From assembly GCF_009914755.1 (NCBI RefSeq), contig NC_060930.1: a stretch of 64,000 nt of DNA, one strand, 5' to 3'. Position numbers and translations under genes: made by a program. This DNA comes from the human T2T-CHM13v2.0 reference genome, Homo sapiens. The notes beneath the pieces are model-generated. The model searched no databases, was not told where the DNA came from, and saw only the letters and a program-made list of their open reading frames with translations. The first letter of the stretch is position 1. Each line of letters opens with the position of its first letter. This document shows positions 29,660 through 43,866 of the stretch, in pieces.

Positions 29660-32600
29660 TAAGCTATAAAATTGTTTTAAATTTATGATAAAATCTCTAT
29701 TTTTTATTTTGTGTCATCTGTTTTTCCAATCTTGTCCACATATTGTCTCCTAAATTTTCTTGCAGAATTTTAAGTTGTTAATATTCTACATTTAAGTCTT
29801 TTAGCCATTTAGCCTGAAATTTGTCTTCATATATGGTAAAACAAAGAGATCTAATTTAATTTTCTTCCACTTAGATTATTTGTATCACCACCATTTATTA
29901 AATAATGCATTATTTTCCCACTTAGATAAAATGCCATCCTTATCATATATTAAATTCTCATATGTAATTGGACTTAAATTTCAGGTTGTCCTGTTACATT
30001 TTGTGTTCAATGCCAATAAAATGTTTATTAAAGCAGATTATTGTATGTTCTTATAATTATTGAAGCATGTCCTCACCCCCTTCACTAACCTTCTTTTTCA
30101 TATTTTTTCTTGGTTATTCTTAGGTACTTATCCCCTGGTATAAACTCTAAGATCATTTATTTAATTATCCTTTCCTCCTTTCTTCCCCTTTGCCAAGAAA
30201 GAACCCCGTTGGAATTCTAACTGGAATTTTATTAAGTTTACATATTAATTAGAGAGATTGACATTTTTATATTAACATTTTTTCCATCCAGAGTCATAGT
30301 TTGCTTTTCTATTTGTGCATATCTTAGTTTATATCAAGATTTTTATAATTTCCTATACTCTGATTTTAAAATTTACTCCTAAGCATTTTAAAGTTTTTAT
30401 CTTTATTGTGAATGAATTTTTCTCATATCCATTTTTATTTCCAGTACAAAGATTACTGGTTTTTGTACACTTATCTTTTATCCAGCCACCTTACCTAGTT
30501 CTCTTGCTAAGCCCAATAATATTTTTGTAATAGAGTCCCTTGGATTTTCTATTTCTACCTTTTCTTTTCCAACGTTTATGTTATTTCATTTTTAAATCTT
30601 TTTTCAATTGCTAAAATTTCCAAGACAATGTTAAATAATGCTAATCTAGTTTCTGACTTTAATAGAAATAGTTATAGTCTTTTATCATTTAGTATGCTAT
30701 TCAGTTTTAATTTTTGGCAATTAGTCTTTATTATACGTATTTCCTTCTACCTCTGTCTGACTTTGATTTTTTACAAAGATTAAGTGATACATTTTATCAA
30801 ATGACCTTTTCCATCTATTGACATAAGCATTTGCCTTTTTCCCTTTAGTTTACTTATGTAATAATGTTAACAGACTTTTTGATACTCATTCACATGTTAA
30901 TTTACACAGTAAGTCTTGATTTATTATTTTTAATTTTAAAATGTATACTGTTTCATTTCTTTCAATATGTTGCTGGATTTTATTTGTTAAGGTTTTATTT
31001 AGATGTCATAATTTCTGGATTCAGTCCTGTTATCCTGCTCCTTAAAAAAAGATAGAATTTCTATACGCATGAGATTAATCCCAAATTTTATTGTTTCATA
31101 ATAATTTTCCTGGTTTATTATTAAAGTTATTTAGTTTTCATAATAAATTGGAGGAGTTTTCATCTTTTTATAAGGACTGGAATATTTTAGATGCCATTGG
31201 AATGACCTGTTCTTAAGAGGTTAAAACTCAGCTGCGAAACCATCCAATCTGGATGCTTTGTTCGTCCAGTGATGGATCTAAAATTATTTTCCAATATCTG
31301 CTATGGTAACTGGTTTCTTTCAAGCTTTCTTTTTATTACTGGGTTTTCTAATTTTATTTTTGCTAGAAAATTATTTCTTCTAGATTTAAAAATGTTTCAT
31401 CATAGAGTTGTATGTAATAGTTATTTATAATATGTTTAATCTCTCCTGTATCTATGGTTTTAGAGGTGTTTATTATTTCTTTCAAAGAACTAGCTTTTGG
31501 ATTTATCTGTTTTTGTTCATTTTTATTTTCATAAATTTCTGCTTTGTCTTCTTTATCAAATCATTCTTTCTAGTTTTTTAAACTTTTTTTGATGTAATTT
31601 GGAAAATTTCTTAAGATCCCAATAATCTATAAATAAGATTTTTTTGTTGGTCAAATCCACCAAGATTAATTTTTATTGTTTACAACTAGAATCCATAGTT
31701 CTAGTTGTCAAAAAGTGTCTAAGTAAGATGAAAGGACTAACACATGAAGAAAGCCAGGAAGAAAACTTCATAAGCGAAGTGAAAAATTCTATTAAATGTA
31801 TCAAGGAGGTGAAAGGCAAGAAGAAAGTACTCTTTATCCTTTGGGGCAGTGTTTCTCCACCTAAAAAAGATTATTATTTCCCCTAAAGGAGAAAAATTAA
31901 ATCAATGAATTATTTAAGTTTAAAATTAAATGCAATTTTTCTCCAACAAGAGAAATTAAATACTAAGGAATAAGATGTTTTCAGATAGGGTTGAGCTTTG
32001 GAGGATTCCCAAACTTAAAAATCTAAGTTTTTTTCCCCTATTCTTCCCTCCCCACCAAGAACAATTTTTTTCCCTCTTGGAGGCAATGTTACCTCCACTG
32101 AGAATTCATGCTTCGAGGTATAGGTATAAGACAGAAGGAAACTTTGCCCCATAGTGGGTTATTTCAGATATTCAGAAAGAGAATAATACCTAAGGTTCTG
32201 GAGAAACTTAAAGATTCTTCAGCACTAGCAGATTTGAGAAATCCCCTTCAGACCTCCACAAGAAGAAATAAGGTCTCTGGTGTTCGCTAATAGGTCTGGA
32301 GGTAACCAAATGTAGATCTGTGTCAGTTCAACAGAGGTTGGGGGGTGTATCTGAGACTTAATGGAAAGCCAATAGAGACTCAGATGGAATAACTTGGCCA
32401 TTAGAAGTAATGTGGAATATATCTTCAACAACTCTGATGCCCCTGTTAGGAAACTAAAGAAGTGAATGGATCACAGGTGGTGGTTACATTTCTTTCTTTT
32501 ATTTTTTCTTTTTCATTGAAGATCTTGAATGTGCAAGATAAATGAAGATGTTGGAAGTAAACATTTGCCATAGAAATGGTATAAAAGAATAAGATTTAAC

Positions 32601-32917
32601 TTTGTGTATGGAGTTTGGCTTTTGAACACCAATAATTTGGCTGGTGGTTATGGCTGATAAAGTAATGTCATATTGAAATTTGAGGTGTGAGAACCAAAAA
32701 TCTGGAATTATGAATATGACAAAGAAAGATTAGTAGTAAAAGAAGTTTCTGTAACTCAATAAGGAAACAAGAGGTGTTTTGGGGAGATATTTACACCCTC
32801 CTGTGAATACCAATACACACAGTAAAGACAAAAAGAGTGAGCTTGAAATTCAACCACTAGGTAAAATTCTATTTTATCAATACTACTAAATTTAACAGGT
32901 ATATCTGTAAAGAGGTT

Positions 32918-33281
32918 GTATTAGTCTATTCTCATGCTGCTAATAAAGACATATCCAAGACTGGGTAATTTATAAAGGAAAGAGGTTTAATTGACTCACA
33001 GTTCATCATGGCTTGGGAGGCCTCAGGAAACTTACAATCATGGTGGAAGTGGGAGCAAACACATCCTTCTTTACCTGGTGGCAGGGAGGAGAAAAATGAG
33101 TGAAGGGGAAGAAAGCCCTTTAAAAAACCATCAATCTTCTGAGAACTCACTATCATGAGAACAGCATGGAGGTAACCGCCCTCACGATTCAATTACCTCC
33201 CACTGGGTCCCTCCTAAGACATGTGGGCATTATGGGAACCACAGGATGAGATTTGGGTGGGGACACAGCCAAACCATATCA
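32918..33281 (-). mobile_element. THE1 (C/D-like) solo LTR
   Basis: tgtattagtc..ggggacacagccaaaccatatca; 5-bp TSD gaggt. Confidence 0.93.
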
Positions 33282-33344
33282 GAGGTATAACTTTTCAAAG
33301 TCATAGTCTAGGAGAAGAGACAGGAAGTAGCACTGCATGTCAAC

Positions 33345-33830
33345 AGGGAATGCAACTATGCTGGCTTGGGGCTTGTTTGCCTTTTGATTCACCTCTTGCT
33401 TTCCCCCAGTTCTGCTCTATAATACAAGGGGACGACTCCCACAGCCTGTACCTCTCAGGCTCTCACGTTTCCCAGTTAGGTTTGTCCAATGGGAGGTACT
33501 GGTAGGGAGACTGGAAGATGGGAAAAAGGGTGAAGCTAAGGTAATTTTTTCTCCTCTCTTTGCCATGGCTGTGTATTTCCTGTGGCTCCAACTCCTGCTG
33601 AATGCTGGCTCACTGTAATTTCAGCTTTCAGTGGGCTATCCTAGTGTCTGCACTCTGGTAACATGACCTCCTCCCTTTGTTCTTCCAGCCTATGGGTATT
33701 AATGGCTTCCATCTCTAATGTCTCAGTTGCCTCACAGTTCCCTATTGTCTTCTCAGTTCTCCCACCATCTGTGTAACTGATTCCCTACAATGACTATCCT
33801 GTTTTTAGATACTCAGACCCTAACTAATAG
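33345..33830. mobile_element. LTR33-like ERVL LTR
   Basis: ttaggtttgtccaatgggaggtactggtagggagactggaag..ctccctttgttcttccagcctatggg. Confidence 0.6.
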
Positions 33831-34308
33831 AGCAACTAATTGGAAGACCCCCAAATTTAGCATGGATGCATACTGGAAAGCATTTTTGATCAATGAAAGA
33901 AGAGACAAAAGTGATTGTAATTACAGAAGTTTATTTCAGACTGCTTAGACAGAGGGAGGGGACAGACAATAGCTTACCCTTAGAAATCATAAACAAGTGC
34001 ATCCACAATACTTTGCTTATATCTTGGTCTATGTTGTCAATGTGTATTATTAGTTTATACATTTGATTCCCTTAGTAGGCAATGAAAGTAGGTCCAGAAT
34101 CATATTCAACTCTCATATACCAAGTTCTAAGCTCAATGCCTAGCACTTAGCAGGTGCTCATACATGCATGTAGAACAAATGAAGGATAATGCAGGTCTTC
34201 AAGCCTTAAATTATTTTTAAGATTCAGTCTCTTTATATAAGTTCCTAGCCTGGGGTCCATAGGGAGACTTCAGGGAGCCCACAAACTAGGATGATAAAAA
34301 AATCACAT

Positions 34309-35154
<846 letters not shown>

Positions 35155-35829
35155 TAAATCGTTCTGATAACTGTATTTCAATATGATTGGTTTCCTTTGT
35201 AATTTCTAATTTTTTTTTTAATTTAAAAACATGAATCTGAGAAGGTGAACATAAGCTTCATGAGACTACTAAAGAGGTCTATGGCTCAAAAAAGGTTGGA
35301 ATGCCCTGCAAACTTTCTAAATTGGACTTTGCTGTTAGATTCAAATCCCAATTCTGCGTCTTAACAAGTTGCATCTGCTTGAGCTAAGCACAAGTTCCTC
35401 ATTTGTGAAGTGGGGTGACAATAGCAACTAACTCCTAGGAATGTTGCATGTCATTAAATGGCAAGTGTTTAGTTTCATACCTGGCACAATTAGTATTAGC
35501 TATCTAGGCATATAAACTGTAAGTCACACCAGACGAAAAGTAGAGTGTTTGGCAAAGAATGGCTTGTCAAGCTAGGGTCTTAATTTGAAGACTGTGAAAG
35601 GAGGACTTATCTTATGCATAGGTTGACAAAATAGGCCAAGTCTGCTGGGCCACTTAAAACAATGGGGTTTAACATCCCTGATATTTGTCACTACATCTAT
35701 AGGGAACACATTAATGAACCAATTAATTACAAAAAGGATTTTACTTCTTTGTAAGAAACTATTCTTTAGGGGCCCTTTTAGGAATCTAAAAGCCAGGAGG
35801 CACTTAAAACTTGCTGTTCACCTAGTCTT

Positions 35830-37638
35830 TATTTTATTTTATTTTATTTTATTTTTATTGATCATTCTTGGGTGTTTCTCACAGAGGGGGAATTGGCAGG
35901 GTCATAGGACAATAGTGGAGGGAAGGTCAGCAGATAAACAAGTGAACAAAGGTCTCTGGTTTTCCTAGGCAGAGGACCCTGCGGCCTTCCGCAGTGTTTG
36001 TGTCCCTGGGTACTTGAGATTAGGGAGTGGTGATGACTCTTAACGAGCATGCTGCCTTCAAGCATCTGTTTAACAAAGCACATCTTGCACCGCCCTTAAT
36101 CCATTTAACCCTGAGTGGACACAGCACATGTTTCAGTGAGCACAGGGTTGGGAGTAAGGTCACAGATCAACAGGATCCCAAGGCAGAAGAATTTTTCTTA
36201 GTACAGAACAAAATGAAAAGTCTCCCATGTCTACTTCTTTCTACACAGACACGGCAACCATCCGATTTCTCAATCTTTTCCCCACTTTTCCCCCCTTTCT
36301 ATTCCACAAAGCCGCCATTGTCATCCTGGCCCGTTCTCAATGAGCTGTTGGGTACACCTCCCAGACGGGGTGGTGGCCGGGCAGAGGGGCTCCTCACTTC
36401 CCAGTAGGGGCGGCCGGGCAGAGGCGCCCCTCACCTCCCGGACGGGGCAGCTGGCCGGGCGGGGGGCTGACCCCCCACCTCCCTCCCGGACAGGGCGGCT
36501 GGCCAGGCCGGGGGCTGACCCCCCCACCTCCCTCCCGGACTGGGCGGCTGGCCGGGCAGAGGGTCTCCTCACTTTCCAGTAGGGGCGGCCGGCCGGGCGG
36601 GGGGCTGACCCCCCCACCTCCCTCCCGGACTGGGCGGCTGGCCGGGCAGAGGGGCTCCTCACTTTCCAGTAGGGGCGGCCGGCCGGGCGGGGGGCTGACC
36701 CCCCCACCTCCCTCCCGGACGGGGTGGCTGCCGGGCGGAGACGCTCCTCACTTCCCAGACGGGGTGGCTGCCAGGCAGAGAGGCTCCTCACTTCTCAGAC
36801 GGGGCGGCTGTTGGGCGGAGGGGCTCCTCACTTCTCAGATGGGGCGGTTGCCAGGCAGAGGGTCTCCTCACTTCTCAGATGGGGCGGCCGGGCAGAGACG
36901 CTCCTCACCTCCCAGACGGGGTCGCGGCCGGGCAGAGACGCTCCTCACATCCCAGACGGGGCGGCGGGGCAGAGGCGCGCCCCACATCTCAGACGATGGG
37001 CGGCCGGGCAGAGACGCTCCTCACTTCCTAGATGTGATGGTGGCCGGGAAGAGGCGCTCCTCACTTCCTAGATGGGATGGCGGCCGGGCGGAGACGCTCC
37101 TCACTTTCCAGACTTGGCAGCCAGGCAGAGGGGCTCCTCACATCCCAGACGATGGGGGGCCAGGCAGAGACGCTCCTCACTTCCCAGATGGGGTGGCGGC
37201 CGGGCAGAGGCTGCAATCTCCGCACTTTGGGAGGCCAAGGCAGGAGGCTGGGAGGTGGAGATTGTAGCCAGCCGAGATCACGCCACTGCACTCCAGCCTG
37301 GGCACCATTGAGCACTGAGTGAACGAGACTCCGTCTGCAATCCCGGCACCTTGGGAGGCCGAGGCTGGCGGATCACTCGTGGTTAGGAGCTGGAGACCCG
37401 CCCGGCCAACACAGCGAAACCCCGTCTCCACCAAAAAAATACGAAAACCAGTCAGGCTTGGCGGCGCATGCCTGCAATCGCAGGCACTCGGCAGGCTGAG
37501 GCAGGAGAATCAGGCAGGGAGGTTGCAGTGAGCCGAGATGGCAGCAGTACAGTCCAGCTTCGGCTCGGCATGAGAGGGAGACCGTGGAAAGAGAGGGAGA
37601 GGGAGACCATGGGGAGAGGGAGAGGGAGAGGGAGAGGT
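35830..37638 (-). mobile_element. Full-length SVA retrotransposon (SVA_C/D-like)
   Basis: On the minus strand: (CCCTCT)n hexamer at about 37590-37637, Alu-like region, GC-rich VNTR at about 36360-37200, SINE-R, AATAAA/(TAAAA)n tail; 9-bp TSD cctagtctt at 35821-35829 and 37639-37647. Confidence 0.97.
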
Positions 37639-38039
37639 CCTAGTCTTGTCCCAACACACACTGGGGATCAGTTGGGTCTGCCAGGTGCCCCCAGTTGGGA
37701 GTGACTTGCTGGAAATAAGCTGTTAGAACAAAACTTAAAGCAACCAAGTGATAAAAGGAAAACAATGAACAAATCCAAAAAGCTGAGTTATGAATCAGAA
37801 AAGCCTAAGAGACTTCCAGGAGGTGATTTCAGCACCAGGCTGCATTGTTGCAGGGTATTTATACCTTTTCCAAAGGCTGAGAGTTCCTGGAGGTGTGGCA
37901 GGTGTGAGGGAGGCAGAGATATTTTATGTTACAACATGGCCAGGGAGAGGACAGAGGCAGGATGTTTCTATTTTATCCACCATTTCACTGTGGGTCAAAA
38001 ACATAGCCTAGCCCCTATGATTAGGAATAACATCTATTA

Positions 38040-38536
38040 CAGCTGACCCTTAACACAGATTTGAATTACACAGGTCCACTTACATGTGGATTTTTTTCAA
38101 GAAAAGTTACACCAAGTGTGCCTGCCTCTACTGCTTCCTCTTCTACCTCCTCTACCTCTTCCACCTGTGTCACCCCTGAAACAGCAAGACCAACCCTCCT
38201 CTTCCTCCTCTTCCTCAGCCTATTCAACATGAAGACAATGAGGATAAAGACCTTTACAATGATCCACTTCCACTTAATGAACAAATATATTTTCTCCTCA
38301 TGATTTTCTTAATAAAGTTTTCTCTAGCTTACTTTATTGTGAGAATATAGTCTATAATAAATATAACATACAAAATATGTGTTAATCAAGTGTATATGTT
38401 ATCAGTAAGGCTTCCCAGTCAACAGTAGGCTATTAATAGTTAAGTTTGGGGGGGGGGTAGTTAAAAATTATATAAGGATTTTCAACTGTGCAGAGAGGTT
38501 GGCACACCTAACTCCTGCATTATTTGAGGGCCAACC
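38040..38536 (+). mobile_element. Tigger2a/MER28 internally deleted element
   Basis: ta|cagctgaccctt..ggtccacttac.tgtggatttttt ... ttgagggccaac; shares the 3' body with Tigger2 at 16795-17100. Confidence 0.9.
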
Positions 38537-39210
38537 TTAATATTTTCTTCTTAAATGTTTATATGCTAGATACTTTACATATTCCTCACAACACTCTAAG
38601 ATGTAGGTATTATTACCCCCACCCTCTTCTTTAACAGGTGAGAAAACCAACGCTTACAGAATGTGGTTAACCTATCTGAAGTCATGTAGATTACAAGAGA
38701 TCCTGCAAGGATTCAAAAATTGCAAAATACAGAGAAGTTGAGGGAATTGTACAATGAATACCTACAATTCATACCGGAAGCCTGCCTGACTCTTAGGTCT
38801 TTTATATCCATATCACCTGACCAGAAGTTACCAGATTTGCTAGTATAGGAATTTTGCCAGGAGAAAACAGAAATCTGAAAACATCTGTGATTCCAGACTA
38901 ATGAACAAAGTTCTTATCTTCAAAGTTAATCACCTTTAATGAAAAGGCCATCTCTCCTTTTTGGAGCTTCCTAAGCTTCCTTCAGTGTTTTTCAGGTTTC
39001 CTTTGGGCCAGCAAATTCAATCAGAATAATACACAATCTTGGCTGGTATTAGGGCTTCTGTCCCTTTCAAAGGTGCTGTGATAGGGGGATGAAGCTCTCT
39101 TGTTGCTGCCATTGGTGATCCTTGGGAGTCTCCCTTCCCTCTCCTGCAGAGCTCAGTGAGAGGCAGCCTTAGGCAAAGTTAAGCTCAGTACACAGCCAAT
39201 GTCTGGTGAA

Positions 39211-39212
<2 letters not shown>

Positions 39213-39250
<38 letters not shown>
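39213..39250. repeat. (AG)19 microsatellite
   Basis: Perfect dinucleotide run. Confidence 0.95.
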
Positions 39251-39255
<5 letters not shown>

Positions 39256-40877
39256 GGGGACATCTCTGATCTATCCTACCCATCTCTGGGACCAAACATT
39301 TGTCAGACTCCATAAAATCATCAACCTTAAACCTGGAAGGGATCACAGAAATGATCCAGTTATACCTCACTTTACTTCTTAAGAAATAGAGGCCTAACAA
39401 GGCTTCCAACAGCCATATAACTGGCTAATGGCAGAGCTCACAATCCATCGCTCTTCTCCCTGCACCACAATGTCATTCACAGCCATTCAGTGATGCATCA
39501 TTACTTTAGAGTACACTTAATACTATCAGGCATGATTTGAGAGGCTGGAGTTGAATTGGCGCCTTCTCTGCCCACGAGGGGCTTAAAATCTAGTGAAAAT
39601 GACAGGGCCCATTTATTGAACAACTTCCGATGCCTCAAATACATTACTTACTCTACCCAACATTTCAAGTTGTGTTATTTTATGTTCAGAGAGGTTAATG
39701 TGTACAAAGATGAATGTGCCCAAAGCATTCATTGGTAGGGCTGGGATTTGAGCCCCTGTCCATTTGACTCTAAATCCTAGGCTTGTTACGCTGTGTAACT
39801 CTGCCTCCCTAATATTAACAAATGTGTGGGAGAAGCATAACTATGACCCCTCTACCATGCTGGCTCAGATATCCGTGTGGTTTCTAGAAGATTAAGAAGC
39901 TATTATTCTGGTACCTTTCTTACAGGGAAAAGATGAGGTGAAGTAATGCAGAACATGGAAATGACTTTCTAAAAAGGATTTGAAACAGCTGAGAGCAACA
40001 TAAACAGCAGGTTAAAAGATGAAACAAATATGTAAGTAATGGGGGAAATGAGGACAAAGCAACAACAAAGGATAAAGAGGAAGCCAGGGGTGAAGGAGGG
40101 ACATAAAATGCCTACCACAGGGTCCAGGAAACCTGCTAGCAGGAGTCAAAGGACTGAGCTGCATTTTGATGAAATCGTTCTCGAAAATGCTAATCTATCC
40201 TCATACACAGTCTGTCCATTAATACTAGAAAACAGAAGAAACAGAGAGACAGAATACAAAACTGTTAAGAGTTTCAGCCTCTCTATTCAATGGATTTTAG
40301 AGGACTCAACTTGATTCAAACTCCACGTTACACAGACTTTATTAGATACTGTCTTAAACCACAAAATAAACTTTACACCAGTATAGTACAATATAACTTT
40401 GTTTGAAAGCAATATCTTTTGCAGGCAAGGCCCAGTTTTCAAAAGGTACATGTGTAAGGCATTATTTAACTATATGTTGAATACAGCAACATTTAGCTGG
40501 GGTTTGGAGGCAGAAGACTGAGGCTTAAATGCATTTGATCCCTGTGGTCTAGTCAAGTTATTCTCCGTCTCCAGGTCGGTTTCCTAATTCACAGAATGAG
40601 GATAAGATCTGCTTTATCAAATGTTTGTGAGAGTTAACTGAAGTAATAGAGGTGAAATGCCTGGCAATTTCACGTCATTGATGCTGCTGATGAGGTAAAA
40701 ACTTTTGATTTTCCTCCTTTGCTATGAGCTTATTCTCAGTCCAGTTTTGTTTCGGTGTTGTCTCCTTACCAGAGAGGTTAGTGGTAATTATTGTTAGTGA
40801 TAACAGACCAGCATCTGGAAATGATATAGAAGACAGCAGATCATGATAATGTCCCTTCCCTTTTCCAAATAAGCACT

Positions 40878-41200
40878 CTGTCACAGGGTGGGTCCCCCAG
40901 AGTTTAGTGTGCAGGGTGTTGATTAGGGACTGCCCTCAGGATCAACATCTGTGGAAGGTGTGGGCAGAAGAAGCTGAGCTGTCATGCAGGCATCACCACA
41001 GCCCCTGCCCGTGGGGCGCACTGGAGTGGAAATGGCCCTTCAGAAGCGTCCCAAGGTGGGCCTAGATGGCCCGGCCTTTTTATTCCATGTGGGCCACTCT
41101 GGGAAGGGGGGTGACCTCGGTCAAGGGAGTTCTCCACAGCTGAGAAATCCCTGACGAGGCATGTCCTTCATGAAGTGGGGGGTTGAGGAGGTGGTCTGGG
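40878..41200 (-). mobile_element. LTR16A-like ERVL LTR
   Basis: gtttagtgtgcagg..tgccctcaggatcaacatctgtggaagg..agaagctgagctg..ggcccttcagaag.gtccc. Confidence 0.7.
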
Positions 41201-42859
41201 CAGTGCCCTACTGCCTATGCTGCACTTCCTCATAGGTTCTCTTTCTTTGGTGGCCCTCCTGCCTTTCCAGACACAGAGAATGTCAACATTCCTCCTAATT
41301 CTTTTATTAGAAGTTCCTAGGGCAGATTGAGAGAGATCTGAATCAAAGGTACACAGCGGTTTCCAAGGGAGAAGAGCCTCTTTATGTTCTCGGTTGAACA
41401 GCAACTCTGACTTCTTCTGAATGAATTCGTCAGGGGCGAAGGGCAGAATGCAGACAGGCATCACACAGCCCCGTCAAAAGAACCTGAACAAAGGTTGAGG
41501 GAGGCTGATGGGGGACATGTATAAAAAACACAGCCTCTGAGAGATCTGAAGTTCATCAAGTTCTACAAGCATGACCATATCCCAACCATATCCTTAAGAT
41601 AATGAGGGCAAATGAGAGTGTAGCAGGTGCATGGTAGCTTAGTTCAACATCCAGCTTTGAATATAGAAATTAAGTACCTAAATGGCATAATACAAATGGC
41701 AGCACCTTCTTGTTGAGAAAAAGCTTTTTTAAAAAGGTGGAGGAGGGGTGCTACGTTCCCTAAATGTTCTTTTAGGAAGGAAACTCAGAAAAGTTTAGTC
41801 GCCACAGATATTACTAACGAAATATACCTATTTTCTTTGTCTTAAATCAATTGAGGAGGCCAAGAATTGTCCAAATAACTATAGTCTTCCATGAAACTCA
41901 CCTCCTTATATCAACAGAAAGAAGGAAATATAAGTTTTCTGCCGGGTATTATACCCAAAAAGAGAGTGTTGTGTTTTTCCAGAGAGGCTACTAAATAATA
42001 CTTCAGCGAAGCCCACAGAGCGATTATAAAGAGGATGGATGTCCTCCTTATAGTAAAACAGAAAGGGTCATCAAATCTGCTTTGCCAAGTATTTATCTGA
42101 ATCTCCATTTCAAGACTGAGAGATCAATAATTCATCAGAGGAAAGAAAAAGAATTAATTAAACTACATTAAAACCACCTTATGAAATAAAATACCATGAA
42201 CTAGCTTATGCACACACTGCTAGGGTCTTTTCTAGAACTTGTCAATTTTGGCTTCTGACAATCACCTCTGGCCAACAAATCTACCTATTATATCAGCTTG
42301 GCATCTGTACCTTTGTAGCTATTCGGAGAGGGCTGAAGAGAAAAATGGTGAAGTCCTGCCAACCAAATAAAATGGCACCTGTCAAAACATCAATTTGTGT
42401 GAAATGGCAAAAGAACATCTAATATATAGGGTCAGCCAATGAACATCTAAATAATAGTGCTTTTATCAGCAACGTCTGTGCTTGAGTTTACACTTAAAGC
42501 ACACAATACAGGAACACAGAAGTCATGCAGGTTGAGTTAGAGCTGCCACTGATGTTTCATATTTGAGCTCCACTTCATGACAGGCTAATAGTGCATTTAA
42601 AGCATTGTTTATCCTGAACAGACAGAAAAGAGAGGCGGAGACCCTGCTTTGCAGACTACCTGTAATTATGGGTGTGCGTTAAGAGCAAAGAAAGGTCATG
42701 CCATTGATCCCATTTAGAAACACAACAGTTCAAAGCCTTTGAGAGTGAAAAGTGTGCGGCAGTGTGGGAGGGGATTTTCTTACAGAAAGTTATCAAAGGC
42801 ATTATTGTTGTGTTTCTATTCCCAAACTCATATGAGCTCCTCTGAAGAAAAAAAAACCT

Positions 42860-43187
<328 letters not shown>

Positions 43188-43824
43188 ATCAAAGCATGAT
43201 GTGGACAGACCCTCAGGAAAGTTAGTGACATCTATGCAGGCTTGTAACTTCACTCAGCCAGAGAGAAAGACACTAAAGTACAGAAGAATATCAGACCAGT
43301 GCTGGAACAGTGTCCACCTCATGATAAAGTGGATCAAACGGAAAGAAGATGCAGGGAATTAATACATCTTCCCTCTCAAGAGAAGGATGAGGGGTCATAG
43401 GAAGTGAAACAAATCCCGGAAAATCTCACTAATTGCGATTTCCGGATTTGTAGAGATGAGTGTTAGAGGCATGGATGGGTTTTAGAAAACATCACATAGT
43501 CCTTTACTTTTTTCTCCTGCTCTCTCGACATAAAGCCCTTTGTAAATGCAATCTGTGGAATGGTTTCATCTCAGTTCCACCTCATTCTCTATGAGGCATT
43601 TCTCTTTGAGAAACTGTAGTAAGAATCATCTTGTGACATTCGAGAGATTTTCCTGATAACGTCTTTGTATTGCTTTCCTTCATTTTCATTCTGTTATATC
43701 CACCTCGGTTTCCTTAGACTATCCTAAAGAAATCTCCCACTGTCAGTTTAGGGATTTAATAATGTGGTAAGATAATTGTAGAAACATTTGAATTATTGGT
43801 AAAAGAAAGAAGGTAGACAAGTCT

Positions 43825-43825
<1 letters not shown>

Positions 43826-43865
<40 letters not shown>
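43826..43865. repeat. (AC)20 microsatellite
   Basis: Perfect dinucleotide run. Confidence 0.95.

Positions 43866-43866
<1 letters not shown>

Noticed and set aside
31880-32900. AT-rich stretch that might be an antisense ERV internal or env remnant
   Set aside because: No convincing motif or ORF could be recovered by eye; needs a Dfam search
36360-37200. Tandem GC-rich repeats superficially like an array
   Set aside because: SVA VNTR; no unique spacers and a eukaryotic context, so not CRISPR
36027-37704. Many overlapping 70-167-aa ORFs
   Set aside because: All lie in the GC-rich SVA VNTR, Alu-like or SINE-R regions, which are poor in stop codons
38100-38440. Similarity to 16795-17100 suggesting a local duplication
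   Set aside because: Explained by two independent Tigger2-family insertions, each with its own TIR start
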